From a virus (Duplodnaviria; Caudoviricetes), in IMG/VR virus record IMGVR_UViG_3300017766_002535, positions 1,580 through 65,579 of that record: a stretch of 64,000 bases of DNA; one strand, given 5' to 3'. The stretch's first letter is position 1; every line of letters begins with the position of its first letter. The notes under the pieces are model-generated. The model saw only the letters and a program-made list of their open reading frames with translations. It searched no databases and was not told the DNA's origin. Made by a program: the position numbers and the translations under genes. Of the stretch, positions 24,719 to 34,150 are shown in pieces.

Positions 24719-25135
24719 GTGTTGGCACACGAGGTGTTGCGCATGGCGGCGAAGCTGGTCGCCGCGGGCTGGAGCGATGGCGCTGAGCCTGCCCGGGACG
24801 CGGCTGGCGACCCGGTGCAGCTTTACGTCGGGACCGGCGGCGGGACGTCCAGGGCTGGCGTGAACCCGGCTGCGGCCCGGTTCTCGGCCTATGGGGCGGT
24901 CGCCGCGGTGCTGGCGCGCCACCCAGTTCAGGGAGCCAACGTCATGTGGACGAAGCTGGCCGATACCGCCGCGGGCCTGATGGTGGGCCGCAGGGGCGGG
25001 ACGAACCACGTCCACCCGCTGGTCGGGTTCAACGCCGCCGAGGGCCGGACGGCCGCCGAGGTGGTGTCGCTGCTCGAGATGGTGGCGAACGAGCTCGATC
25101 CGGCCAGGGCGATCGAAGCGGGGAGGGCAACCTGA
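24719..25135 (+). CDS. DUF6197-like phage protein
   Basis: AAKLVAAGW...ARDAAG...FSAYGAV...FNAAEGRTAAEVVSLLE pattern. Confidence 0.55.
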   Translation: MLAHEVLRMAAKLVAAGWSDGAEPARDAAGDPVQLYVGTGGGTSRAGVNPAAARFSAYGAVAAVLARHPVQGANVMWTKLADTAAGLMVGRRGGTNHVHPLVGFNAAEGRTAAEVVSLLEMVANELDPARAIEAGRAT

Positions 25136-25549
25136 TGGGCACGCGCAAGAGTTGGGAAATCACCGATGGCGACACAAACTGCGACGGACACCCTGCCGGG
25201 ACCATCGTCTACGACCCGAAGGGTTACGACTACGGGTTGGCGGGCGACGACACCCGCATCACCGGCATCGAGCACGTCAGCGTCACCCTCGACCCCGAGG
25301 GCGGCTACCCAACCTTCACAATCCGCAAGTCGAGCCTCAAGGAGCGGCCATGAGGACCCTCCTGTTCGGCCTCGCCGTGATCGCTTGCTGCATCGCTGGC
25401 GCCATTTACGCCTGGGCGCCGGTTGGGCTCGGCATGCTTATGGGAGGAAACTGATGATCACGTCCGAAACCGCCCTCGCCATCGCCAACCAGAAGGCCAT
25501 CGTGCTGGCGCTGTGTGAGAAGGCGCGCGCCGAGCTGGGAGAATCGTGA
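25135..25549 (+). CDS. Three small hypothetical proteins (25135-25353, 25350-25454 membrane peptide, 25454-25549)
   Basis: SD sites and overlapping start/stops. Confidence 0.55.
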
Positions 25550-25977
25550 TGGACGAGATCAACCGCAGGCGCCTGGAATGGATGCGCGACGCCAAGACCG
25601 GGGCCGTCCTACCGCCCGGCCTATTCGACGATTCCAACAATTGGGGCGAGGCCGCGAGCGGCGCCGTCAAGGCCGCGCTCGACGAGATCGAGCGACTCCA
25701 AGAGGGCTGGGGCCTCGCCGGCTTCCCGACGTGGCAACCGATCGACACCGCGCCGGTCGAGCCGTGGGACAATGTGCCGAGCTACTACCGCTTCAAGTGT
25801 TTATTGCAGATTCCGTCCGGACATCCCGGCAATCCGCCAGAGGTTTGCGAGGGTGAGGCTTATTACACCACTAAACCACGTCACCCTGAACGGCGGATCC
25901 TGCGCTGGCGCAATCAGCGCGGCATGTGCTTCCCGAAATATTGGATGCCGCTGCCTGCGCCGAAGGTCGAGCCATGA
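25546..25977 (+). CDS. DUF551-like domain protein
   Basis: WQPIDTAP ... KYWMPLPAPK. Confidence 0.7.
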   Translation: MMDEINRRRLEWMRDAKTGAVLPPGLFDDSNNWGEAASGAVKAALDEIERLQEGWGLAGFPTWQPIDTAPVEPWDNVPSYYRFKCLLQIPSGHPGNPPEVCEGEAYYTTKPRHPERRILRWRNQRGMCFPKYWMPLPAPKVEP

Positions 25978-26636
25978 CGCACCCTGGAGACGGACCGCTG
26001 CTGACCCACGCGACCAGGGTGAAGCTGTCCTGCGCGATCGTTGATGGTATCGGCGCGGTCCTCATTGGATATGCAGTCGTCCGGTTTGTCGCCACCGGCG
26101 GTCATTGGTATCTGTGCGCCGCGCTCGTGCTCGGGCGTGTGTGGGCGTCGCAGGTTGGCATCCCGGAGCGGATGCGATGAAGCACATCGCCATCTTCCTG
26201 ATCTACGCCGGCGTGGTGGTGATCGCATTCGCGTTCATCGCCCGGCGATGGGAGCGACCGGACCGCATCGACGACATCATGCACGGGAGCCAAGAATGAT
26301 TGGCAACTATCTTCTCGCCGCTGTCGTGGGCATCAGCGGCATCATCTGCATGGCGTGTGGAGCCTACGCTTGGTATCGCGTGCTGACTTACCCGCCGAGG
26401 ACCAAACGATGATCCAGATCACCTACAGCCTGTACGCGCTCGAAGCGACCGCCGAGCGGCTGTTCCCCGCGTCGCGCCATCGCTCGGCCAGGATCCGCAA
26501 GAAGCTCATCAAGCGCCATGGAGCCGAGTTCAGAATGGTGCCGTGCATGTGGCGCACGCCGAACGGCATCGTCGCCCATCCGTCGTTCAAAGCCGAGATT
26601 GAGCGGCAATTCCGTCAAATAGCAGGTGCAGCATGA
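25974..26636 (+). CDS. Cluster of small mostly membrane peptides (25974-26180, 26177-26299, 26296-26412, 26409-26636)
   Basis: Chained ATGA overlaps; hydrophobic segments in the first three. Confidence 0.55.
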
Positions 26637-27430
26637 AATTCGGCTCAATAGGAAGGGCGCTGGTTCGTTATTTCGGACGGCCCGCTACCTCGGTGCCCCC
26701 CGAAATACCGATCACCAACTCCATGTGGGGCCAACAGGCGCAGCTCACACCCGCCGCGCTCGATCGCGTCGAGGAGGCCGCACAGCGCCTCTATGGCGGA
26801 CAGCCGTTGAAACTCGTCACTGGTGCCGAGCTTCTTCGTGGCTACACCGAGCCCTACGAGCCCGCCGTGCGCATCGAGAGCGGCGCGGTCGACACGCGCC
26901 CCGGCATCAAGCCGCCCGACGTCTGGACCTGGGAGGCATGGTCCAAGGAGTTCGAGAGCCTGCGTCTCGATGGTTGGTCGCCATGCCGCTTTGCGCACAT
27001 CACCAATAAGGCCGAAGAAGGCGAGCGCGCTGTGTTTGTGTTCGGCGTGGTACGCGGTGCCTTTGGCCTGTGGCAACAGACCTTCGATATCTGGCGCCCG
27101 TTCGCGGCTGCGCCCGATCACACTAACATTCTGACGGTGGTGACCCATCTGCGCACAGGCTACGGCATCGCCGTGTTCGGCACCAAGGTTGATGCCGCCC
27201 AAGCTTGCACACTCGCCGAGCAATGTTCATCTTGGGAGCAGGTCGCTGACTCCAATAAAATCGCGTGGGGCATCGCCATGAGGCGCACGCGCGATGCGTG
27301 GCATGATTTGGGCATTCGGTCTGCAGTCGACTTCACCGCCTTTGATCAATCGACCGGCGCAGGCCCGCTGTCCATCATGGGCCTGTCCTACGAATCCGCC
27401 TCAGAAGGCAAACCGGAGAAACCATCATGA
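26633..27430 (+). CDS. Hypothetical protein
   Basis: 265-aa globular ORF, coupled overlaps. Confidence 0.7.
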   Translation: MKFGSIGRALVRYFGRPATSVPPEIPITNSMWGQQAQLTPAALDRVEEAAQRLYGGQPLKLVTGAELLRGYTEPYEPAVRIESGAVDTRPGIKPPDVWTWEAWSKEFESLRLDGWSPCRFAHITNKAEEGERAVFVFGVVRGAFGLWQQTFDIWRPFAAAPDHTNILTVVTHLRTGYGIAVFGTKVDAAQACTLAEQCSSWEQVADSNKIAWGIAMRRTRDAWHDLGIRSAVDFTAFDQSTGAGPLSIMGLSYESASEGKPEKPS

Positions 27431-28680
27431 AGACTGACCATCAGTTTGTGCCCCGAGACACCGACCGCCTGTGCAACGTCTGCAATCGGCCTAGGCGTGA
27501 ACACGCCGATTCCCCGCCCGATCAGATCCTCGACGTCCGCGTTAGCGTGCCCTACGGCATGATAGTTACGAACGTGGAAGGCCAGCAGCAGGAGGGACCA
27601 AGCGGCTTCGTCACAAAGTTCGCCATCCTAGACATCCACCCCGCGATCGACCGTGACCCGCCGCCCGCGCCGATCTTCGAGGCCGGCAAGACCTACCGCA
27701 CGCGGAATGATCTGCCGGCCTGTGTCATAAACATCCGAGACGACAGGGCTCTTGAGGGCTGGGTTGAGTTCAAACAGGGCCGCACCAAGGTTTGCTGGCA
27801 ACCTGACGGCCGCATGAACCCGCCCGGCGTCACCGACTGCGATCTCGACCTGATGCCCGGTGCCGTCGAGCCAGAAGGCAAACGAGTGTGGTGGCTCGAA
27901 ACTCCCGACGAGGCCAAGCGCATCCGTCACGAGATGGAGCAAGGTCGCCGCGGGCTGATCGGCCGGCTCGACAGGCAGGACGGCGCCATCGCCAAGCTGT
28001 CCGAGACCCAGGCCCTCGACGTCGCCGCGACCGACGGCCGCATCAACGAATTGACTCAGCGCCTTACCGCTCAGGGCAAGTCGCTGGACGTCGCAGGCCG
28101 CACCATCGACAGCCTGCGTTCGTCGGCCGTCGAAAACCTGCAGGCCACCGACGCTCGCCTCGACCGCCTCAGCGGCATTATCGACGAGTTGGACAAGCGG
28201 CTCACCGCCCTCGCCGCTCACACCGGCCGCGCCGCGATTGTCGCGCGCCTCGAAGCCTTGGAGGACGCCCGCGTGTGGATCGACACCATCAACATCTACA
28301 AGCGGATGCAGAGTTATGAGAGCGCCCTAACCGGCGTAAACGGGGTCAATGCCCGCCTCGATGGTGTGGACCGCCGCATGACAAACCTTGGCCACAAGGC
28401 CGATGGCGCCCACGCGCGGATCGGCGCTGTGATGCAGATCGTGGAGAAAATCAGGAAGCGTCACGACGATTTCTTCTGCATCGAGCCCGATGGTTCTCAG
28501 CCCAAGCGCACCATCAAGGGCGGTTGGCTCAATGTATGGGCGGTGGATGGTGGTGGCCGAGCAATGAACCCCACGCTGTTCGACACAAAGGATGAGGCTG
28601 ACAAACATGCGGCAGAAGATAGCGGCACCCGCATCGCCTGCATCCAGATCCCCGACATCACCGAAGGAGAGGGCCTGTGA
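27427..28680 (+). CDS. Modular protein with long central coiled coil
   Basis: FEAGKTYRTRN...W.PDG...DLDL N-half; ~230-aa heptad region; GWLNVW...RIACIQI...EGEGL C-half. Confidence 0.7.
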   Translation: MKTDHQFVPRDTDRLCNVCNRPRREHADSPPDQILDVRVSVPYGMIVTNVEGQQQEGPSGFVTKFAILDIHPAIDRDPPPAPIFEAGKTYRTRNDLPACVINIRDDRALEGWVEFKQGRTKVCWQPDGRMNPPGVTDCDLDLMPGAVEPEGKRVWWLETPDEAKRIRHEMEQGRRGLIGRLDRQDGAIAKLSETQALDVAATDGRINELTQRLTAQGKSLDVAGRTIDSLRSSAVENLQATDARLDRLSGIIDELDKRLTALAAHTGRAAIVARLEALEDARVWIDTINIYKRMQSYESALTGVNGVNARLDGVDRRMTNLGHKADGAHARIGAVMQIVEKIRKRHDDFFCIEPDGSQPKRTIKGGWLNVWAVDGGGRAMNPTLFDTKDEADKHAAEDSGTRIACIQIPDITEGEGL

Positions 28681-29218
28681 TCGTCACCGAGGAGGAAGCC
28701 AAGACCAAGCGGTGCCAGGAGAGTTTCGGGCCGCCACTGTCTCAGGACGGCCGCACCATCAACGCGTTCGGCGCTGGCGGTGCCTACGCCATCCAAACCT
28801 CGCCAACGCACTGCATCGGCTCGGCCTGCATGGCGTGGCGGGAGATTCTAAAAGCCGAGCCCGCATTTAAAGACGTCTGCACCACCCACAGCGACAAACC
28901 ACCAACGCATGGTGAGGGGTGGACATTCCTTGAAGGGGACAACACCGGATCATCGTGGTCGAGGGAGATGCCCGCGAAGCCAGCCAAAGGCTACTGCGGC
29001 AAGGCAGGCAGGCCGTGACCGTCGCGGGTCTGATTGCCTTCCTACAAACCAAGCCGCAGGACCTCCCTGTGGCCTACCGCTGCTATAGCGAGTGGAATAT
29101 GCTGAGGGCCGAGGACATCGACATCAAGGCCCTCTGTCCGCCGCGCGTGGATGGGTGGGTGCATGACCGACGGCCCGATGTGACGCCGCAGGACTATCTG
29201 ACCTTCCCCGGAAATTGA
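28677..29218 (+). CDS. Two small proteins (Cys-rich 28677-29018; 29015-29218)
   Basis: EEEAKTKRC...CIGSACMAWR...GYCGKAG; GTGA coupling. Confidence 0.65.
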
Positions 29219-29302
29219 CGGGGGTAACCCACCAAAACTGTGTCACGAATCGCTTGACTGTGCCATGGTTACCATCCTTCCAACCATCAGGAGACCATCC
29301 CC

Positions 29303-29665
29303 ATGGCCCAGGCCATTACTGACATCCTTGGTCAGCTTCGCGGGGGCTATGCCCTCCATGAAGCCTCCAAGCGATTGGACGAAGTTGTCCGCGCTGTCCG
29401 CGCCACCGGCAAGAAGGGGTCCGTGACCCTCACCATCGACATCACGCCCGACAAGACCGACGATCGCATCATCAAAATGCAGCCGTCCGTCAAGTTCAAG
29501 GCTCCCGAGAAGGGTTTCAGCGAGGGTATCTTCTTCGTGGCGCCGGATGGCCGGCTCACCAAGGAAGACCCGGCGCAGCTCGACCTGCTGGCCGAACGCG
29601 AGCGCGAAGGCGTCCGCAGCATCGCTGCCGGCGAGAAGGCTTTGAGCGAGGTCGGCCGCGGCTGA
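29303..29665 (+). CDS. Small protein of the type usually found upstream of DUF2303 (YfdP-like)
   Basis: SD GGAG; LDEVVRAVRATGKKGSVTLTIDI...IFFVAPDGRLTKEDPAQLDL. Confidence 0.7.
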   Translation: MAQAITDILGQLRGGYALHEASKRLDEVVRAVRATGKKGSVTLTIDITPDKTDDRIIKMQPSVKFKAPEKGFSEGIFFVAPDGRLTKEDPAQLDLLAEREREGVRSIAAGEKALSEVGRG

Positions 29666-29718
29666 CCATCCACCGAATACCGGCCTCGCGTACCATGTGC
29701 GCGGGGCCGAAATCTTAC

Positions 29719-29798
29719 GCCGAGGGTAGCTCAGTCTGGTAGAGTGCTTGGGTTGTAACCCGAGAGGTCGGTGGTTCAAATCCATCCCTGAGGCTCCA
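29719..29798 (+). tRNA. Atypical tRNA (Thr-UGU-like) with an 8-nt anticodon loop and 8-pair acceptor containing tandem G.A mismatches
   Basis: D arm GCTC-AGTCTGGTA-GAGT; anticodon stem CTTGG/CCGAG around GTTGTAAC; variable AGGTC; T arm GGTGG-TTCAAAT-CCATC; encoded CCA end. Confidence 0.75.
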
Positions 29799-29838
29799 TC
29801 CATCTTAACCATCCATGTCCATCATAAGGGAAGCACCC

Positions 29839-30720
29839 ATGTCCGAGACCACCGACGTCACCAATCTTGTTCGCGCTGCCGACCAAGCCAAGCAGCGCCC
29901 GTTCATCATCGAAGGCCCGAACAACCGCCAGTTCATCGCCAAGCCGGATGGCTGCGATGGCTGGTCTACCGACGAGATTCAGCCGCGCCCGAACGAACAG
30001 GCGCCGTTCCTGCCCAAGCACATCACCCAGGCCGTGCAGCTGCAGACGCTCATGTCCATGTGCGACTACATGAACCGCTTCAAGAACAACGACAGTGTGA
30101 TCTTCGCCGACATCGCGGCCAACCGCATCCTCGGCATTGTCGACTATCACACCGAGGCGACCGAAGCGGTCGAGCCGAAGGCCAGCCACACCAAGCACAC
30201 CGCCGCGCTGACGCTGCCGTTCTCGGTTGAATGGCAGACGTGGACCGGCGTTGACGGCCGGCTCATGAGCCATGTGGACTTCGCCACCTACCTCGAAGAA
30301 AATGCGATGGACGTCCTACCGCTCCCGCCGGCTCGTGACGCCCATGGCGCGCCGATCGAGGACGCGCCGACCACCCTGCTCGAACTGTGTCGCGAGATGC
30401 AGTTGAAGGGATCCTACGGTGCCACCAGTTCGGTGCGCAATGGCGACTACAACTACATCGAGATGCAGAAGGGCGACGACATCACCACCAAGCGCGGCCT
30501 CGTGGTGCCGCAGTCGTTCCAGCTGATGATCCCGGTGTATTTCGGCGAGGCCGCCGTGCAGATGACCGCCTTCCTGCGCAAGAGCAGCACCGAAGGCGTT
30601 CTCAAGCTCGGCCTCAAGCTGCAGCGCCCCGAGGAAGCCCGGCAGAATGAGTTTCACCGCATCGTCGGCGAAGTCGCCGGAATGGTTGGGCTGACCACGC
30701 TGTACGGTAAACCAGCGTAG
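29839..30720 (+). CDS. DUF2303 (YfdQ-like) protein
   Basis: IFADIAANRILGIVDYH...HTAALTLPFSVEWQTW...FATYLEEN...F.L.IPVYFG...LKLGLKL..PE pattern. Confidence 0.85.
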   Translation: MSETTDVTNLVRAADQAKQRPFIIEGPNNRQFIAKPDGCDGWSTDEIQPRPNEQAPFLPKHITQAVQLQTLMSMCDYMNRFKNNDSVIFADIAANRILGIVDYHTEATEAVEPKASHTKHTAALTLPFSVEWQTWTGVDGRLMSHVDFATYLEENAMDVLPLPPARDAHGAPIEDAPTTLLELCREMQLKGSYGATSSVRNGDYNYIEMQKGDDITTKRGLVVPQSFQLMIPVYFGEAAVQMTAFLRKSSTEGVLKLGLKLQRPEEARQNEFHRIVGEVAGMVGLTTLYGKPA

Positions 30721-30765
30721 TCAGAAGGCGCGGTTCTTCCGCCAACAAGCGCGACCTCCAAACTA

Positions 30766-30787
30766 CGGGCGGCGTCCGCGCCGCCCG
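30766..30787 (+). terminator. GC hairpin after DUF2303, possible weak terminator
   Basis: CGGGCGGCG-TCCG-CGCCGCCCG; poor U tract. Confidence 0.4.
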
Positions 30788-30813
30788 CCTTGTCCTCCAG
30801 CAAGGTTGCCAAC

Positions 30814-31026
30814 ATGAAAGATACATCAGACCAAGAAATGCTCGCCAAGATGACGGATGCCGAGCCGCGATTCACCCTACGTGGCCAGGATGTATTCTCG
30901 GCCTACCTCGTCAGCATGTGGGCAGACCTTGCCGAAGCAGCAGGATCGCCGGCCGACAAGGTGGCGCATGCGCGCCAGCGCGCTAGAGCCATGCGTAACT
31001 GGCTCAATAAGAAGGTGCCGGATTAG
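30814..31026 (+). CDS. Small phage hypothetical protein
   Basis: EPRFTLRGQD...WADLA...A..MRNW..KK.PD. Confidence 0.65.
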   Translation: MKDTSDQEMLAKMTDAEPRFTLRGQDVFSAYLVSMWADLAEAAGSPADKVAHARQRARAMRNWLNKKVPD

Positions 31027-31028
31027 CC

Positions 31029-31499
31029 ATGCCGATTCGCCCTGAGAACGCCGCCCGCTACCCGAAGGAATGGAAAACCGTTGTGGTGCCGCGGATTCGC
31101 GCCCGCTCCGGCAACCGCTGCGAATGCACCGGGCAGTGTGGCCAGATCCACAGCCACCCTGCGCACGGCATCGGCTCTCGCTGCCAGCGCATCAACGGCG
31201 AGTTCGGCTACCACGACAAACGCAGCGGCCACTGGACGCAGCTTGCCAAGGATGAATCAGGTCTCGACATGCGCGCCGAGGTCGCCGATCTCGTTGATGG
31301 CGAGAACGTGGTCAAGATCGTGCTCACCGTGATGCACCTGAACCACGACCCGGCCGATTGCCGCGACGAGAACCTGCTGCACGGCTGCCAGGGCTGTCAC
31401 AACCGCTACGACGCGCCGGTGCGCGCCGCCGGCATCAAGGCCCGCCGCCGCGCCCAGCGCGCCAGCGGCGATCTATTCCAATGTGAGGAGACGGCATGA
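31029..31499 (+). CDS. HNH endonuclease-like protein
   Basis: RCECTGQCG ... LTVMHLNHDPADCRDENLLHGCQGCHNRYD. Confidence 0.75.
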   Translation: MPIRPENAARYPKEWKTVVVPRIRARSGNRCECTGQCGQIHSHPAHGIGSRCQRINGEFGYHDKRSGHWTQLAKDESGLDMRAEVADLVDGENVVKIVLTVMHLNHDPADCRDENLLHGCQGCHNRYDAPVRAAGIKARRRAQRASGDLFQCEETA

Positions 31500-32509
31500 C
31501 CGGCGAGCACATCAAACACCAGCCGTTGCCCTGGTTCGCGTTCAACATCGCCGAGTATGTGACCGACACCATGAAGCTCGGCGCCGAATCCCACGGCTGC
31601 TACCTGCTGCTGATGCTCGACTATTACGCCAACGCCGAGCCCTGCCCGGATGATGATTTCGTGCTGGCGGCCGTCTGCAAGTTGCCTGAGGAGGCGTGGA
31701 AGAAGCACCGTCGGGTGCTCGAACCGCACTTCGACGTGCGCGACGGTCACTGGTTCCACAAGCGGATCGAGCGCGAGCTAGCCGAGAGTAGCCGTCGGCT
31801 GGCTGCGGCTAAGGCCCTCGCGGTCGCAGGGGGGAAGGCGCGTGCAGCGCAGCGAGCCGGAAAAGCGGCTGAAACGCCCGCAAAACCCGACGCTACAGCC
31901 GCAGCCCAGCCGGCGGCCCAGCCGGCGACCCAGCCACAAGCCCAGCCGGCGGCCAGCCGCGCACCCAGCCGTGGGCCAGCACATTCTACACTTAACAAAG
32001 AAGACTCTCTCTCTACGGCTGCGCCGGTCGAAACTGATTTTGAGGAAGGGCTAGAACCGCCGGAACAGGAGCCGATCGGCAACCCGATCCCGCCGAACTG
32101 GCGACCGAGCGATCAAGCCATCGTGCTATATCTCGAAGAATCCACCCAGGAGGAGCTCGAGCGCGAGGTCACGACATTCGTGAATCGCAACCTGTCCGAG
32201 GGCGGGTTCTCCGCAAACTGGAACGCGGCGTTCTCGACGTGGTGGATCCGGTTCAAGGATCACCGGGCCAAGCAGGCGAAGAAGGCGCCCGCGCGCATCG
32301 AGGTCAACAACAAAACGCCGGCAGAGGTTGTGGAGCAGCAGGCGGCGGACTTCGACGCGGCAGTGAAGATCTTCGCGAAGGGCATGCAGTGGCCCCGTGG
32401 TCTTGGCCCTGAACCCGGCCAGCCCGGCTGTAAGGTCCCGCAAAGCATTATCCTCAAGCACGGGATCGACCCTGCCACGGGCATGCGAGCAGCCAAGGAG
32501 ACCGTGTGA
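31496..32509 (+). CDS. DUF1376/YdaU-family replication initiator
   Basis: FNIAEYVTDTMKL...HGCYLLLMLDYY...P.DD..LA..CKL...W...R..LE.HF; C-terminal W.P...F..WW domain. Confidence 0.85.
   Translation: MTGEHIKHQPLPWFAFNIAEYVTDTMKLGAESHGCYLLLMLDYYANAEPCPDDDFVLAAVCKLPEEAWKKHRRVLEPHFDVRDGHWFHKRIERELAESSRRLAAAKALAVAGGKARAAQRAGKAAETPAKPDATAAAQPAAQPATQPQAQPAASRAPSRGPAHSTLNKEDSLSTAAPVETDFEEGLEPPEQEPIGNPIPPNWRPSDQAIVLYLEESTQEELEREVTTFVNRNLSEGGFSANWNAAFSTWWIRFKDHRAKQAKKAPARIEVNNKTPAEVVEQQAADFDAAVKIFAKGMQWPRGLGPEPGQPGCKVPQSIILKHGIDPATGMRAAKETV
31896..32045. promoter_or_regulatory. Candidate replication origin: CAGCC iteron-like repeats plus A/T-richer tract inside the initiator gene
   Basis: CAGCC at 31896, 31907, 31919, 31931, 31943, 31954, 31966 (11-12 nt period), then ACATTCTACACTTAACAAAGAAGACTCTCTCTCTA. 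Confidence 0.45.
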
Positions 32510-33409
32510 TGGTCGATGCCGCGACGAGACTGTCATCCAAGGCGCACAGCCGCATGACCGACGCGAAGCTCGCCATCAAGCGGGCCGACAGGTTCATCGC
32601 CAGCTACCCGGCGGCGAGCGCAACGCCGGTGGTGCGTGACATCCGGCTGGCGCTCGCCGACTTGTTGAGCGAACTCGAATCACCCAGCGCCGTCCATTCC
32701 GGATAGCGTCAACACCCAGGAGACCACCATGAAGAAGCCGAAGAAGACCAAATACTCGAAAGGCTGGGAGACCCGCCGCAAGAACGCGAAGAAGCTCGGC
32801 GTCTCGCCGCATGCGTTTGCGATCAACACCACCGGCGACGACAGGCCGCCCGCGATGTCACCCCGCGCCCAAGCAATCCAGGCAGTCAAATCGGCTATCG
32901 GCCACGGCCCCGCCGGTGCGCAGGCGCTGGATATGCGCAACGTCGCCGCCAACACGAGCGGCGAATCTCCCGGCCACGGCGAGATCGTCGGCGGCGCCGA
33001 CGCCAAGCTGGCCGATGAACTGGTGAAGCTCGCCCGCTCGAAGGGCGGCACCGACAAGGTGCAGGCCAAACTGCGCATCATCCAGGCGCAGGCCCGCTAC
33101 GAGGGAGAGTCGGCGCAGGACACCGCCCACACCAAGCGGCTGGTCGACATCCAGCGGAAGATGGCTGATGCCGTCGTCTGCGGCTTCATCGCCGAGATCG
33201 AGATGGCGCAACGCCTCTATGGCGGCCTTCCGAAGGATTTAGTCTGGAGCATGTCGTCGTTCACCGCGATCCGCATCGTCGACGCGCTCAACGCCGCCGG
33301 CTACACCTCGAAGGGCCGCAAAGAGCCTCAGCCCTCCGCTGATGTGTTGCGGCAGATCATCGCGGAGCGAGAGCGGCCCATGGGCAAGCGCCACGGCAGC
33401 ACGGGCTGA
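32506..33409 (+). CDS. Two hypothetical proteins (32506-32706, 32729-33409)
   Basis: SD GGAG before 32729; plausible composition. Confidence 0.65.
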
Positions 33410-33417
33410 TCGAATAC

Positions 33418-33445
33418 CCGGCGGCGCTGACCATCGCGCCGCCGG
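33418..33445 (+). terminator. 10-bp GC hairpin between genes
   Basis: CCGGCGGCGC-TGACCATC-GCGCCGCCGG; no U tract. Confidence 0.35.
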
Positions 33446-33493
33446 CAGTTGCCTACCGCGTCTCGTTTCACCATCCAGCCGGACACCAGATCA

Positions 33494-34150
33494 ATGTTGC
33501 AAAGTGCAGGGGCCATCCAAGTGAACACACCAATCAAGTCGATCTCTGCCGTCAAACCATCGCGCGGCAGTGGACAGACGCGGGCGAAGAACAGGCGCGG
33601 CGGCGAGAACGTCCGGTGGAAGCGGCTCACCGCCAGCATTGACGAAGCGATGGCCGAGGCGCGGCGGTTGCCGCCCGACAAAATCGACCAAGCCATCGCG
33701 CTGATGGCTGCCAACTCAAGGCTGACATCGCCGGTGTCACGACTGGTCTATTTCAAACACCTGACGGTCGCCCAGGGCATGGCGGCGCGTCGCTACGCCA
33801 CGATCGTTCGTACCTTCGAGCGATACCACGTCGCCAACGCCACACGCTCGGCCAGGGCGCAGGACATCGACAAGCCGCGCGCCGGTGACGATCAGGAGAT
33901 CCAGCGCCACCTCAACCGCGGCACGATCAACGACTACGAGCGGGAGGCCAAGAAAGCCCGCAAGGAGTACGACAAGGCGCAGAAGATGCTGGCGGCCTTC
34001 TCCAGCAGCACCACCGGCCGCAACGAGGCCAAGAACATCATTGATGATCTGTGCCTGTCCGACATCGAGCCGCCGGCTCAGTACCGCAAGAACGTCGCCG
34101 CAGTGCTGCAGGCGCTGGCCGATGCGTTCGGGGTCAAGGAGCGACGCTGA
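33494..34150 (+). CDS. Putative late-transcription regulator (DUF6456/antiterminator-like); start uncertain
   Basis: RLVYFKHLTVAQGMAARRYA motif and C-terminal L..LA..FG; lies between replication and packaging genes. Confidence 0.45.
   Translation: MLQSAGAIQVNTPIKSISAVKPSRGSGQTRAKNRRGGENVRWKRLTASIDEAMAEARRLPPDKIDQAIALMAANSRLTSPVSRLVYFKHLTVAQGMAARRYATIVRTFERYHVANATRSARAQDIDKPRAGDDQEIQRHLNRGTINDYEREAKKARKEYDKAQKMLAAFSSSTTGRNEAKNIIDDLCLSDIEPPAQYRKNVAAVLQALADAFGVKERR

Noticed and set aside
29240-29280. Promoter upstream of the YfdP-like gene (TTGACT ... TACCAT)
   Set aside because: The spacing between the candidate -35 and -10 is only 10 nt.
29719-29798. Idea that the 8-nt-loop tRNA frameshifts ribosomes from the giant gene into the nested +1 ORFs
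   Set aside because: The nested ORFs have their own SD/ATG. The in-frame TAC-A I checked upstream of the TnpV-like ORF (926-929) leads straight to a +1 stop.
29719-29798. tRNA as an integration (att) site
   Set aside because: I noticed no second copy of its 3' end and no integrase, and it sits inside a phage operon.
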